Source: Eubacteriales bacterium
GTDB taxonomy: Bacteria; Bacillota; Clostridia; Oscillospirales; CAG-272
Length of the DNA stretch: 54,201 nt
Direction: 5' to 3'
NCBI GenBank assembly: GCA_045592305.1
Contig: JAZNUO010000136.1
Coordinates: 1-54,201, forward strand
The notes under the pieces were generated by a model. That model worked only from the letters and a program-made list of their open reading frames with translations, was not told the origin of the DNA and searched no databases. Both the position numbers and the translations under genes were made by a program. This document shows, in pieces, positions 43,559 to 53,810 of this stretch (the stretch's first letter is position 1; every line of letters begins with the position of its first letter).

Positions 43559-43561
43559 ACC

Positions 43562-44161
43562 ATGGAACTGATCCTTGCATCCCGCAACAAAAAGAAGATC
43601 CGCGAGATGGAGACTATTCTGGCAAACCACTTCCCGAATGTCTGTGTCCTCTCGCTGGATGACGTGGGCTACGAGGGCGACATTGAAGAGAACGGCGCGA
43701 CCTACGAGGAGAACGCGCTGACCAAGGCCCGTACCGCCGTGGAGGCAGGGGGGCATCGTTACCCCGCCATCGCCGACGATTCAGGCTTGTCGGTGGATGC
43801 CCTGAACGGCGCGCCCGGGGTATACTCCGCCCGTTACGCGGGCGGTCACGGCGACGATGCCGCCAACAACGCGCTTTTGCTGAAGAATCTGGCGGATACC
43901 CCCGCCGAGGAACGCACCGCCCGCTTCGTCTGCTGCATCGCGCTGGTCTACCCCGACGGCAGAGAGATCACCGTCCGCGGCGAGACCGAGGGACTCATCA
44001 TCGATGATGCCCGCGGAGACGGCGGCTTCGGCTACGATCCCTACTTCTATTACCCTCCCTTCGATAAGACCTTCTCGGAGATGACCGCCGAGGAAAAGAA
44101 CACCATCAGCCACCGCGGCAAGGCCATTGCGAGGGTGGCCGAGATTTTGAAGAACGATTAA
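43562..44161 (+). CDS. rdgB: dITP/XTP pyrophosphatase (RdgB/HAM1 family)
   Basis: [12 protein letters not shown]...[22 protein letters not shown]...ISHRGKA. Confidence 0.9.
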   Translation: MELILASRNKKKIREMETILANHFPNVCVLSLDDVGYEGDIEENGATYEENALTKARTAVEAGGHRYPAIADDSGLSVDALNGAPGVYSARYAGGHGDDAANNALLLKNLADTPAEERTARFVCCIALVYPDGREITVRGETEGLIIDDARGDGGFGYDPYFYYPPFDKTFSEMTAEEKNTISHRGKAIARVAEILKND

Positions 44162-44270
44162 GATACAAGATACACGCCGAGCAAGCTCGGCCGATACAAG
44201 ATACAAGATAACGCACCGAAACTGACGGTCAAATATATCTTGTATCTCGTATCTTGTATCTTTGTATCTC
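44159..44270 (+). repeat. GATACAA-heptamer palindromic element, copy 5
   Basis: The rdgB stop TAA is the first 3 nt of TAAGATACAAGATAC. Same architecture as copy 4. Confidence 0.85.
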
Positions 44271-44295
44271 AACCTACACCAATACGGAGAAAACT

Positions 44296-44619
44296 ATGAA
44301 CAACGAACGCATCTATCCCCCCGCCCCTGTGATCACCTCATCCCAGCGCGCCAAGCTCCGCTCTCTGGCCTCTACCATGTCCCCCGTGACCCAGATCGGC
44401 AAGGGCGGTGTCACCGAAAACTTCCTGACAGGTATCGACGATGCCCTGGAGGCTCGCGAGCTCATCAAGATCTCGGTGCTGGAGACCTCGGAGTATACCC
44501 CCCGTGAGGCCGCCGAGGGCATCGCCGAGGCTCTGAACGCTACCGTGGTCGGTGTCATCGGTCGCAAGATCATCCTCTACCGCCGCTCCCTGAACGGGAA
44601 GCGTCACATCGAGCTGTAA
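44296..44619 (+). CDS. yhbY: YhbY-like CRM-domain RNA-binding protein
   Basis: LRSLASTMSPVTQIGKGGVTENF...GRKIILYR. Confidence 0.8.
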   Translation: MNNERIYPPAPVITSSQRAKLRSLASTMSPVTQIGKGGVTENFLTGIDDALEARELIKISVLETSEYTPREAAEGIAEALNATVVGVIGRKIILYRRSLNGKRHIEL

Positions 44620-45224
44620 TGCGGGTCGGAATCTACGGGGGCACCTTTTCCCCCATCCACAACGGTCACGTGGCCGCCGCCCGCGCCTTCATGGAGCAGA
44701 TGTGGCTGGACATCCTCTATATCATCCCCACGGGTGTCTCTCCCCATAAGGACATGAAGGGAGACGCTACCGCCAAGGATCGGCTGGAGATGTGCCGTTT
44801 GGCCTTTGCGGGCATGGAGGGCGTGATCGTCAGCGATCTGGAGATCAGGCGGGAAGGGAAGAGCTACACCGTGGACACCCTCCGCGAGCTCTATGACCCC
44901 AACGGCCGCCTGTTCCTCTTGATGGGCACCGATATGCTCCTGACGCTGGATCAGTGGCGCCATCCCGAGGAGATCTTCCGCCTCTGCTACCCCGCCTACA
45001 TCCGCCGCGAGGAGAATGAGGAGCTGGATGCCGCTATCGTGGAAAAGATCAAGCTCTATCATGAAAAGTACGGTAAGGTAGTGCGCCGCATCGTAGCCCC
45101 CGCCATTGAGCTGTCCTCCACCGACATCCGCACCGCCGCGGCCGACGGTTTCTCCATTAAGGAAGCCGTCCCCCCCGCCGTCGCCGCCTATATCCGCGAG
45201 CACAACCTCTACCGCAACGCCTGA
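44619..45224 (+). CDS. nadD: Nicotinate-nucleotide adenylyltransferase
   Basis: GIYGGTFSPIHNGHV. TAATG overlap with yhbY. Confidence 0.9.
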   Translation: MRVGIYGGTFSPIHNGHVAAARAFMEQMWLDILYIIPTGVSPHKDMKGDATAKDRLEMCRLAFAGMEGVIVSDLEIRREGKSYTVDTLRELYDPNGRLFLLMGTDMLLTLDQWRHPEEIFRLCYPAYIRREENEELDAAIVEKIKLYHEKYGKVVRRIVAPAIELSSTDIRTAAADGFSIKEAVPPAVAAYIREHNLYRNA

Positions 45225-45257
45225 TACGGGGTAAATACCCCGAGAATAGGATATACT

Positions 45258-45917
45258 ATGAATCAAACCCACTACGCCTTCGGAGAAGCAGACATCGCCG
45301 CCCTGCGGGAGACCGTCGTGAGTCGGATGTCCTCCAAGCGCTACCACCATACCGCCGCCGTGGAGGATATGGTTGCCCGCCTTGCCACCCTCTACTGCCC
45401 CGGGGAGATCCCCGCCCTCCGCGCCGCCGCCCTGCTCCATGACATCACCAAGGAGTATGATATTCCCACCCAGATCGCCCTGCTCATGGAGGCGGGGATA
45501 CCTGTGGAGGCGGGGGAGAGCTTCTCCCATAAGACCTTCCACGCCAGAACCGCCGCCCTGCTCATTCCCGACGACTACCCCGCCTTCAACTGCGAGACCG
45601 TAGTCAACGCCGTCCGCTGGCATACCACAGGGCGGGCGGGCATGACCCTCACCGAAAAGCTGCTCTATCTGGCCGACTACATCGACGAATCCCGCCTGTT
45701 CCCCGACTGCGTCCGTCTCCGCTCCTTCTTCTGGAGTGAGAATCCCGAAAGAATGACCCCCGATGAACGCCGTATCCACCTCCGCCGCACCCTCATCATG
45801 TCCTTCGACATGACTATGCGCGCTCTCCTCTCCGAGGGAGCCGTCATTTCCCCCGACACCGCCCTCGCCCGCAACGAGCTTGTGCTGGAGGAGCTGACCG
45901 AGTGCGGAAGCTACTGA
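45258..45917 (+). CDS. yqeK: HD-domain hydrolase YqeK
   Basis: RYHHTAAV...AALLHDITKE. Conserved position after nadD. Confidence 0.85.
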   Translation: MNQTHYAFGEADIAALRETVVSRMSSKRYHHTAAVEDMVARLATLYCPGEIPALRAAALLHDITKEYDIPTQIALLMEAGIPVEAGESFSHKTFHARTAALLIPDDYPAFNCETVVNAVRWHTTGRAGMTLTEKLLYLADYIDESRLFPDCVRLRSFFWSENPERMTPDERRIHLRRTLIMSFDMTMRALLSEGAVISPDTALARNELVLEELTECGSY

Positions 45918-45936
45918 AAAGAAAGGAAGAATCACT

Positions 45937-46329
45937 ATGACCTTCAAGGAAAGAATCGCCGCCGAGCTGGAAGCTCCCGACACCACCCCCGCCCCCCTGG
46001 AGGGCGCGACTCCCGCCGAGCTGGCCGAGGCCATCGCCCTGTTTCTGGACAATAAGCGAGGCCGTGAGATCAAGATCATCAACATGAACGGCAAGACCGA
46101 CATCTGTGACTATATGGTGCTGGCCACCGGTACCTCCAATACCCACGTGAACACCCTCGGCGGTGAGGTGGAGTACGAGATGGGTCGCCGCGGCATCGAC
46201 CCTCTGCACACCGAGGGGCGGGACGGAGGCACCTGGATGGTGCTGGACTACGCCCATATCATGGTTCACGTCTTTACCCGCGATACCCGCGAGTTCTACA
46301 ATCTGGACAAGCTCTACGGAGACTGCTAA
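45937..46329 (+). CDS. rsfS: Ribosome silencing factor RsfS
   Basis: DICDYMVLATGTSNTHV...WMVLDYAHIMVHVF. Confidence 0.9.
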   Translation: MTFKERIAAELEAPDTTPAPLEGATPAELAEAIALFLDNKRGREIKIINMNGKTDICDYMVLATGTSNTHVNTLGGEVEYEMGRRGIDPLHTEGRDGGTWMVLDYAHIMVHVFTRDTREFYNLDKLYGDC

Positions 46330-46338
46330 CGGACAAGA

Positions 46339-46372
46339 CCCGACGGCTTGGCGCGATCAGCCGGCCGTCGGG
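46339..46372 (+). terminator. Terminator-like hairpin after rsfS
   Basis: CCCGACGGC / GCCGTCGGG stem, then CTGCTTATTTT. Confidence 0.5.
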
Positions 46373-46447
46373 CTGCTTATTTTCCGCAAAAAGGACATAA
46401 ATCATTCATTTTTTATAAAGAATTGGAAACTTTTTTGCAAAAAACTC

Positions 46448-46476
46448 TTTACATTTTCCTCGGTGTATGATATAAT
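46448..46476 (+). promoter_or_regulatory. Sigma-A type promoter of the two-component operon
   Basis: TTTACA, 17 nt, TGaTATAAT. Confidence 0.55.
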
Positions 46477-46613
46477 GTCAAATGGATAAAATTGTATCCC
46501 CAAAAAGGTTTTCGATGAATTTTCATCCAGTCTTCACATGGATTTCCTATTGATATGGTATGATAGAATCGTAACCGTGTATGCGCGTCAAAAATAAGGA
46601 GGAATGAAACCCC

Positions 46614-47306
46614 ATGATGGACACCAAAATTCTCGTGGTTGACGACGATCCCAATATCAGCGATCTGCTGAAAATATATTTTGAAAACGAGGGCTATGAG
46701 GTCAAGACCGTCGGCGACGGAGCCGAGGGCATCAACTACTTCAAGATGTACGAGCCTGATCTGGTGCTTCTGGACATCATGCTCCCCAAGAAGGACGGCT
46801 GGCAGGTCTGCCGCGAGATCCGTGAGATCTCCTCCAAGCCCATCATTATGGTCACGGCCAAGGGCGAGGTCTTTGACAAGGTTCTGGGTCTGGAGCTGGG
46901 AGCCGACGATTTCGTGGTCAAGCCCTTCGACATGAAGGAGCTGTCCGCCCGCGTCAAGGCGGTTCTCCGCCGCTATCAGGCGCACACCAGCCAGAACGAT
47001 GACGAGGTCATTCGCTTTGATAATATCGAGATCAGCAAGCTGAAGTACGAGCTCAAGCTCAAGGGAAGATCCATCGACATTCCCCCCAAGGAGCTGGAGC
47101 TGCTCTACTTCCTCGCCTCCAACTACAACCGCGTCTTTACCCGTGATGCCCTCCTCGATAAGGTCTGGGGCTTCGACTATCTGGGCGACTCCCGCACCGT
47201 GGACGTCCACGTCAAGCGTCTGCGCGAGAAGCTGGAGGGGGTTTCCGACAAGTGGACCCTCAAGACCGTCTGGGGCGTGGGCTATAAGTTCGAGCTTCTG
47301 AACTGA
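46614..47306 (+). CDS. OmpR/PhoB-family response regulator
   Basis: ILVVDDDPN...DLVLLDIMLPKKDG, and a winged-helix C-terminus (VDVHVKRLREKL...GVGYKF). Confidence 0.9.
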   Translation: MMDTKILVVDDDPNISDLLKIYFENEGYEVKTVGDGAEGINYFKMYEPDLVLLDIMLPKKDGWQVCREIREISSKPIIMVTAKGEVFDKVLGLELGADDFVVKPFDMKELSARVKAVLRRYQAHTSQNDDEVIRFDNIEISKLKYELKLKGRSIDIPPKELELLYFLASNYNRVFTRDALLDKVWGFDYLGDSRTVDVHVKRLREKLEGVSDKWTLKTVWGVGYKFELLN

Positions 47307-47364
47307 CGGATTCCGACCAATCATGACCCTCGGGGGCTGCGGCCTCCGAGGGAGATAGGATACT

Positions 47365-48990
47365 GTGTTGAAAAGCATATTTGCCAAGTACGTCATCACC
47401 TTTACGGTGCTGCTTCTGGTGAGCTTTCTCTTGCTCCTCTTCATCGTGGACAGTGTGGTGAGCAATTACTCTCTCCGCGCGGGGAGACGGGATACGCGGG
47501 GCGTAGCCGCCGCCTGCGCCCAAAATCTGGGAGAGACCTTCGCCGCCGGCGGCTCTGCGAATTTTTCCGACTTTATCCAAGGTGGGACAGCGACAGGCGT
47601 TCAGGGACAGGGGTATATCCACCGCCTGCTGGATGCCATCATGACCAATTTCGAAGATATGACCGTCTACGTCACCGATGCAAGCGGTGGCTTTATTTTC
47701 TCTACGGGAAAGGCCGCCGATGCCGCCCCTCCCGTGGGCACGGTCATCCTGAGCGACGAGGAGCTGGCTATTCTGAAGGGGGATGCCGAGAGCGAGACCG
47801 AAACGGTCAAGGTCACGGCGGGTGTTTCCGCCTCCACACCCGAGACCTCCGCCGAGGAGACCGCCGCGGCGGGCACCTTCCTGTGGGAGCACCCCCTGCT
47901 GACCGATCAGAGAAGCTACGCCTACGCCCTCCCCGTGACGGGAGAGGATCAAGCCCCCGTGGGCTATATTCTGGTGGTCTCCACCGCCGAGACATGGAAT
48001 ACACTGATGAATACCACCGTCCGTTCGGTCACGGTGGCGGCGCTCTGGATCTCTCTGGCGGCGCTGATCGCCATCTACTTCATCACCGAGCGCACCGTCG
48101 CCCCTCTGCGTGACATGAGCCGCGCCGTCAAGAGGATGGCGGTGGGGCAGTACGACGTTCGCGTCCGTGTTCACGGGCGGGACGAGGTGGCCGAGTTGGC
48201 GGTGGCCTTCAACCAGATGGCCGAATCCCTGGAGAATCTGGAGCGGATGCGCAACTCCTTCGTGGCCAACGTCTCCCACGATCTCCGTACCCCCATGACC
48301 ACCATCTCGGGCTTTGTGGACGGCATTCTGGACGGGGTCATCCCCCCCGAGCAGCAGAAGCACTACCTCACGGTTGTTTTGGGCGAGGTGCGCCGCCTCT
48401 CCCGTCTGGTCACGGCTTTGCTGGACGTTTCCCGTTTGCAGGCAGGGGATCGCAAGTTCGATATGAAGCCCTTCGATGTTTGTGAGATGGGGCGGCAGAT
48501 CCTCATCTCCTTTGAGCAGAAGATCGACAGTAAGGGCCTGGACGTGGAATTTCAGTGCGACGAGGATAATATGTACGTTCTGGCGGACATGGACGCGATC
48601 CACCAGATCCTCTACAATATCTGCGATAACGCCGTAAAATTTGCCTCCGAGGGGGGAAAGCTGAGAATGAGCTTTACCTGGTCGGTGGAGGGCGCGAGCC
48701 GCCACCATAAGGCGGTTGTCACGGTCTATAACGAGGGACAGGGCATCCCCCCCGAGGATATCCCCTTCGTCTTTGAGCGTTTCTATAAGAGCGACAAGAG
48801 CCGCGGTCTGGACAAAACAGGCGTTGGTCTGGGGATGTTCATTTCCAAGACCATCATCGAGGCTCACGGCGAGTCTATTTCGGTGGACAGCGAGTACGGT
48901 ACGTATTGCGCCTTCACCTTTACTCTGGCGCGTACCGAGCCCCCCGCGCAGAAGGGGCGCGCCCTTTATACCCAAGGAGGAAACTCATGA
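47365..48990 (+). CDS. Sensor histidine kinase (2 TM, HAMP, HisKA, HATPase)
   Basis: FVANVSHDLRTPMTTISGF H-box, plus NAVKF, GLGMFISK N/G boxes. Confidence 0.85.
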   Translation: MLKSIFAKYVITFTVLLLVSFLLLLFIVDSVVSNYSLRAGRRDTRGVAAACAQNLGETFAAGGSANFSDFIQGGTATGVQGQGYIHRLLDAIMTNFEDMTVYVTDASGGFIFSTGKAADAAPPVGTVILSDEELAILKGDAESETETVKVTAGVSASTPETSAEETAAAGTFLWEHPLLTDQRSYAYALPVTGEDQAPVGYILVVSTAETWNTLMNTTVRSVTVAALWISLAALIAIYFITERTVAPLRDMSRAVKRMAVGQYDVRVRVHGRDEVAELAVAFNQMAESLENLERMRNSFVANVSHDLRTPMTTISGFVDGILDGVIPPEQQKHYLTVVLGEVRRLSRLVTALLDVSRLQAGDRKFDMKPFDVCEMGRQILISFEQKIDSKGLDVEFQCDEDNMYVLADMDAIHQILYNICDNAVKFASEGGKLRMSFTWSVEGASRHHKAVVTVYNEGQGIPPEDIPFVFERFYKSDKSRGLDKTGVGLGMFISKTIIEAHGESISVDSEYGTYCAFTFTLARTEPPAQKGRALYTQGGNS

Positions 48991-50507
48991 GTAATCTCGA
49001 GAATCTCAACCCCACCCCCGATGAATCCAAGCCCGAGGGCGAGCCCGCGCCCGTCGAGCGGGATATACCTGTAGAGGAGCCCCTCCCCGTGGCGGAGATA
49101 ACCCCGCCTTCCGAAGGCTCCGCAGACTCTGCTGACGAGCCCGCCGCTCCCGCACAAGGGGCGGATACCGCCGACAAGCCTCCCCATGAGGCTCCCGCCG
49201 CCGAGACGGAGACTCCCACCGAGTCCGCCCCCGCCGCGGAGGAGCCTGCAACCCCTCCCGCGAGTGAGGCTCCTACGCCTCCCCCCGCCGCTCCTCAAAC
49301 CGTATACCGCTGGAGCTACGCCGACGAGACCGCCCGCCGCGCCCCCAAAAAGGGGAAAGGAGTCGTGGTCTACGCCGCCATCATGACCGCCGTATTCCTG
49401 CTCAGCTTCGGACTTCTGCTGGCTGTCCTGCTCATTGAGGGTGACGGCAGCTTCCAAGGCCTTCTCCGTCCCGGAATCACCGAGACCGAGGGGGATGACG
49501 AGGCCGTAGCAGGCGTGGAGCAGGCCAAGCGTTCGGTGGTGGTCATTGAGGTCATCACCGGAAACGGCGGCGGTACGGGTACCGGCATCATCATGACCTC
49601 CGACGGCTATATCGCCACCAACCACCACGTCATTGAGGGCGCGACCCGCATCAAGGTCACTTTCTATGACGGAACCGTCATGGAAGCCGAGGCGGTGGGC
49701 TCTTCCAAAATGGATGACTTGGCCGTCATTAAGGTGGATACCGTGGGACTTCCCGCCGCCACCTTTGCCCACTCCGACGATTGCTACGTGGGTCAGACCG
49801 TCTACGCCATCGGCACCCCCGCAGGCCCCGATTTCGGCTGGACCACCACCAAGGGCATCATTTCCTACAAGGACCGCGAGGTCAAGATCTACGACGATGC
49901 CGACGGAACTCTCCAGAAGAAGCTCCGCCTCCTCCAGACCGATGCCAACGTCAACCCGGGGAACTCGGGAGGACCTCTGGTCAATACCAAGGGCGAGGTC
50001 GTGGGTGTCGTTTCCATGAAGCTGGCCGACGGCTATGAGGGCATCGGCTTTGCCATTCCCTCGGACGGCGCGGTGGAGATTCTGGAGGCCATTGTAAAGT
50101 TCGGGAACGCCGACAACATCAATTCCTCCCTCCACCACAAGCGTCCCATGCTGGGCATTACGGGCGTATACGTGGACGGCGGCGAATACTACCTGCCCAA
50201 CGAAACGGGAGTCAAGCGTCTCACCGAGGAGGAGCTGGCCAATTACGACAAGAGCGAGCTCATCCACCCCGCGGTTTCGGGGGTGTACGTCATGGGCTTT
50301 GCCGAGGGTATGGATGCCGCCGACAAAATGGAGGTGGGCGACATCATCACCGCCTGCCAAGGGGAGGAGATCACCTCCATGAACGTCCTCTCGGGGATCA
50401 TCAATGACTACTACGCGGGGGACACCATCACCCTGACGGTCTACCGCGGCAGCGTCTATTCCCCGGTAGACATTGTCCTCTCCGCCCAGCCCGAGGAGAC
50501 AAAGTGA
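48987..50507 (+). CDS. htrA: HtrA/DegP-like serine protease (P/A/E-rich N-terminus, TM, trypsin domain, PDZ)
   Basis: ATNHHVIEGA, DDLAVIKV and NPGNSGGPLVN catalytic triad motifs. ATGA overlap with the kinase stop. Confidence 0.85.
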   Translation: MSNLENLNPTPDESKPEGEPAPVERDIPVEEPLPVAEITPPSEGSADSADEPAAPAQGADTADKPPHEAPAAETETPTESAPAAEEPATPPASEAPTPPPAAPQTVYRWSYADETARRAPKKGKGVVVYAAIMTAVFLLSFGLLLAVLLIEGDGSFQGLLRPGITETEGDDEAVAGVEQAKRSVVVIEVITGNGGGTGTGIIMTSDGYIATNHHVIEGATRIKVTFYDGTVMEAEAVGSSKMDDLAVIKVDTVGLPAATFAHSDDCYVGQTVYAIGTPAGPDFGWTTTKGIISYKDREVKIYDDADGTLQKKLRLLQTDANVNPGNSGGPLVNTKGEVVGVVSMKLADGYEGIGFAIPSDGAVEILEAIVKFGNADNINSSLHHKRPMLGITGVYVDGGEYYLPNETGVKRLTEEELANYDKSELIHPAVSGVYVMGFAEGMDAADKMEVGDIITACQGEEITSMNVLSGIINDYYAGDTITLTVYRGSVYSPVDIVLSAQPEETK

Positions 50508-50558
50508 GCGATTCACAAATAATTCGCAAATTATTTTGAGCTTTTTTCAAAGAACCTA

Positions 50559-50587
50559 TTGCATTTTTCTTTCGAGTGTGGTATAAT
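50559..50587 (+). promoter_or_regulatory. Sigma-A type promoter for secG
   Basis: TTGCAT, 17 nt, TGgTATAAT. Confidence 0.55.
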
Positions 50588-50648
50588 ATCTCGGTAAGAG
50601 TATGCGCACGCCCTGCGCGTGCAAACAAGTATTGGAGGATATACCAAA

Positions 50649-50894
50649 ATGCCTACTATTGAACTGATTCTCGGCATCGTGCTGGGTGTGATTTCTCTGG
50701 GTCTGGTGGTTGCTGTTCTGATGCAGCCCGGTAAGGATAAGCGTCTGTCCGGTGCGATCGCCGGCGGTGCCGATACCTTCTTCGCCAAGGGTAAGGCCGG
50801 TAAGTGGGACCAGCTTCTGGGTAAGATCACGGTTGCTATGTGCATCGCCTTCTTCGCGCTGATTCTGGTTCTGTATTGCCTCGTCGCGGCCTGA
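50649..50894 (+). CDS. secG: Preprotein translocase subunit SecG
   Basis: 81 aa with two TM helices. LMQPGKDKRLSGAIAGGADTFF. Confidence 0.85.
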   Translation: MPTIELILGIVLGVISLGLVVAVLMQPGKDKRLSGAIAGGADTFFAKGKAGKWDQLLGKITVAMCIAFFALILVLYCLVAA

Positions 50895-50952
50895 GAACGA
50901 CACGCTCGACCGCTAACCCGCCGCGCCTCGGCGTTGGCGATATTGCGGTAAG

Positions 50953-50988
50953 AAAAGTCCGTTTCCTGACCGAAGCGGACTTTTTCTT
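50953..50988 (+). terminator. Rho-independent terminator after secG
   Basis: AAAAGTCCG / CGGACTTTT stem running into TTTTTC. Confidence 0.6.
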
Positions 50989-51062
50989 ATGAAAGCAGAC
51001 CGAGCCCGCCCTGCGGCGCGTTTTCGGGATGCTCTTCCGATTTTCATATATTGGAGGTACGT

Positions 51063-52220
51063 ATGAACAATACCCCCCGTTATCACGAACCCACCCGTAC
51101 CCGCCGTCCCGCAGAGGACGCCGAGCCCATCCGTACCGTGGACGAGATCAAGGCGGGCTGGCCCATGGCGGGCTTTCGGTTCCGCTTTGACGATCGGACA
51201 AGCCTTTTGATGCTTGTGCTGATCGCTCTTTTGACTCTGTCCCTGATCCTGTCCCTGATCCTATTCATCAGCGGTCGGGAGATTTACTTCAATTTCCCCT
51301 CCAAGCCCTCAGCCGAGGAAAGCGGCGGCGGCGTAGCCGCTGAAAAGGGGGATTTCCCCTATGCCGACGGTGTCAGCGGAAGCATCCTGCTCCCGTGGGC
51401 GGATAAGGTGAGCATCATTCCCGCCGATAGCATCAACGCCGCCCATGCCGCCCTGGCCGACCTCTCCACGGGGGAGATCATCGCCTCCCGCAAGGCTGAC
51501 GAGACCATATACCCCGCCTCCATGACCAAGGTCATGACCCTCATCGTGGTGGTGGAGAACCTGCCCGACGAGGACTGCCTCAAGGAGGAGATCACCATCA
51601 GCTCGGACATCTACGAGCAAATGAAGGCCGAGGGCTCCTCGGGCATCGGTATGGTGGCGGGAGAAAAGCTGACGGTAGAGTCGCTGCTCTACGCCCTCAT
51701 GCTGAAATCCGACGGCATAGCCGCCTGTGAGCTGGCTCGCTACGTGGCGGGAAGCGTGGAGGATTTCGTGGAGCTCATGAACCAGAAGGCCGAGAAGATG
51801 GGGCTTTCAGGCACCCACTTCGAGAACCCCACGGGTCTGTTCCACCAGAACCACAGATCCACCGCCCGCGAGATCGCTTCCATCATGGCCTACGCCATGA
51901 ACATGAGGCTCTGCCGCAAGATCCTTCTGACCCAGTCCTACGTCGCCCCTTGCGTGGGTGTGGACGGGCAGAAGTTCAACTACAACCTCTACCATAATCT
52001 CATCGTCACCCAGTTCGAGCGGGTTGACGTGAACCAGCCCACTACCGTCAAGGTGGCGGCGGGTAAGACCGGCTTTACCAACGAGAGCCGCTACTGTCTT
52101 GTCACCTATGCCGAATCCGCCGACGGTCACGGCTACGTCTGCGTCACCGCCGAGGGCGACAGCTACAGCACCTGTATCGCTGACTACATCGCCATCTACA
52201 ATACCTACGCCAATCCGTAA
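51063..52220 (+). CDS. D-alanyl-D-alanine carboxypeptidase (peptidase S11) with an N-terminal TM anchor
   Basis: PASMTKVMT (SxxK) and AGKTGFT (KTG). Confidence 0.85.
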   Translation: MNNTPRYHEPTRTRRPAEDAEPIRTVDEIKAGWPMAGFRFRFDDRTSLLMLVLIALLTLSLILSLILFISGREIYFNFPSKPSAEESGGGVAAEKGDFPYADGVSGSILLPWADKVSIIPADSINAAHAALADLSTGEIIASRKADETIYPASMTKVMTLIVVVENLPDEDCLKEEITISSDIYEQMKAEGSSGIGMVAGEKLTVESLLYALMLKSDGIAACELARYVAGSVEDFVELMNQKAEKMGLSGTHFENPTGLFHQNHRSTAREIASIMAYAMNMRLCRKILLTQSYVAPCVGVDGQKFNYNLYHNLIVTQFERVDVNQPTTVKVAAGKTGFTNESRYCLVTYAESADGHGYVCVTAEGDSYSTCIADYIAIYNTYANP

Positions 52221-52221
52221 A

Positions 52222-52266
52222 GAAAAACCGTTGCGTTCCAACATCGAGCGCAACGGTCCTTTTTTA
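52222..52266. terminator. Bidirectional terminator between convergent genes
   Basis: ACCGTTGCG / CGCAACGGT stem flanked by AAAAA and TTTTTT. Confidence 0.65.
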
Positions 52267-53049
52267 CAGAATCAAGAGAAACAGAAGCTTACTGACGATA
52301 TGCACCCCCGCGTGAGCCAGCATGGCGTAGCCTACGTGGTGCTTGGTGTAGAGCCACCCAAAGCCCAGAGCCAGACCGCCGTTGAGCAGGAAGCAGCGGA
52401 TCAGCAGAGCGGGGGTCAGCTCGCCGAACAGCACCGCGGTGGCGGGGAGATGCCCCGCGGCGAAGAGGAGAGCGGCGACGATATTGGCCACGGCGAAGAG
52501 CCAAGCGGGCAGGGAGTCGGTGTCTGTTCCCTTACAGAACAGCTTGCGAAGCACCCATGCCACCAAGGACAGGAAGAACAGACGGAGCATGACCTCCTCG
52601 ATGACACCGCCATAGAGCAGGGAAGCCATCCAAGCGTCCGCCGTCAACCCGCCCCTGTCGCTATTCAGAATGAGATCTCCACCCACGGCGGGGTTGAAAA
52701 CAAAGGTATCCAGCAGAGACAGGGCAAGACCGCCCGCCACAGAAATGAGCAGCGTAAAGACCGCGGGCTTTTCGGAGAGCCTGAAGGGACGGATCAACCC
52801 CAGCCCATCGGCCAGGATATAGCCGAAGAAGCCGCAGAAGGAAGCGTACAGGACGGCCTGCATCACGGTGATGGCGTAGACCATCCCGATACTGCCCACC
52901 TGCGCCACCGCCGCCTCAATCTCCTCCTCGGGGATGAAAGCGAACTGGTAGCGGAGAGTGAAGAAGCCGCCTGCAAGGGCGAAGGGAATCAGGGAGAGGG
53001 TGAAGAACAGAGCCCTCTTCCATTTGTTGTGTGTACGGTCGGGAATCAT
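52264..53049 (-). CDS. CPBP-family intramembrane glutamic endopeptidase (CAAX protease-like)
   Basis: GGVIEEVMLRLFF (EExxxR), FAAGHL and AHAGVH motifs. Multi-TM. Confidence 0.85.
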   Translation of the reverse strand: MIPDRTHNKWKRALFFTLSLIPFALAGGFFTLRYQFAFIPEEEIEAAVAQVGSIGMVYAITVMQAVLYASFCGFFGYILADGLGLIRPFRLSEKPAVFTLLISVAGGLALSLLDTFVFNPAVGGDLILNSDRGGLTADAWMASLLYGGVIEEVMLRLFFLSLVAWVLRKLFCKGTDTDSLPAWLFAVANIVAALLFAAGHLPATAVLFGELTPALLIRCFLLNGGLALGFGWLYTKHHVGYAMLAHAGVHIVSKLLFLLIL

Positions 53050-53810
53050 ACTTCCTCCTCCTTGTCCGCGGCGTTGATATGAGTCTCCACGCAGTAGCCC
53101 CTGTGACCGCAGGCGGGACAGGTCAGCTTGCGGGTGTTGGGGGTATGAAAGGCGTTGAAGAAGCTCCAGAATTTGGGTTGGAATACCTTGTGGCAGGCGG
53201 GGCAGATGTAGGCGACCTGCCTATAGTAGTAGGCGGTCAACCACAGGCACAGGGCGATGGCCACGGGCATACCCACGGCGAAGGGCCACCAGATGCCCTC
53301 CAGTACCCACAGAATCACGGTGCCGATCTCGATCAGCTCGGCCAGAACGGCTACGGCGATCATGACCGCGCGGGTCTTGCATAGCTTTTTCTTGTTTTGC
53401 ATAACGGTTGCTATGTCTCCAATGGATTCAAGGGAAAAAGACTCCACACCTGCCACCTCGCGGCGCAGGTAACTGATCTTTTCCAGCTTGTCTCGGCTCT
53501 CCTCCAGCTCGCTGCGCACCTCCCGCTCCTGCTCGGAGAGCAGAAGGTGGATGACCCGCTCGGGATGCTCCTCCGAGAGCAGCTCCCCGATACGGTTGAT
53601 AGAGAGCCCCAGATCCCGCAGAAAGCAGATCACCCGCATACGCTTTACATCGGCAACGGTATAGAGCCGCCGTCCGCCCTCGGTGAGCGAGGAGGGGATG
53701 AGGATGCCGCGGGTATCGTAGTATTGCACGGTACGTACCGACACGCCGCAGAGCTTGGCGATCTCTCCCGTGGTGTACAGGCCGTCGGGGTTCTTGATGG
53801 GTTCGGACAT
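53046..53810 (-). CDS. MerR-family transcriptional regulator with C-terminal TM segments and a CxxC...CxxC zinc ribbon
   Basis: YTTGEIAKLCGVSVRTVQYYDTRGIL. ATGA overlap with the downstream CPBP gene. Confidence 0.85.
   Translation of the reverse strand: MSEPIKNPDGLYTTGEIAKLCGVSVRTVQYYDTRGILIPSSLTEGGRRLYTVADVKRMRVICFLRDLGLSINRIGELLSEEHPERVIHLLLSEQEREVRSELEESRDKLEKISYLRREVAGVESFSLESIGDIATVMQNKKKLCKTRAVMIAVAVLAELIEIGTVILWVLEGIWWPFAVGMPVAIALCLWLTAYYYRQVAYICPACHKVFQPKFWSFFNAFHTPNTRKLTCPACGHRGYCVETHINAADKEEEV

Noticed and set aside
2105-44270. Could the GATACAA arrays be CRISPR arrays?
   Set aside because: The units are 7-8 nt with no unique spacers. The arrays form inverted arms of a single hairpin, and no cas genes are present.
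41494-50516. Series of long minus-strand ORFs (41494-42909, 42290-43756, 44604-46103, 46449-47465, 47260-48975, 48966-50516).
   Set aside because: Each lies antisense to a confidently identified + strand gene (smc/ftsY, ftsY/rdgB, nadD-yqeK-rsfS, response regulator, histidine kinase, htrA). All have shadow-ORF composition.
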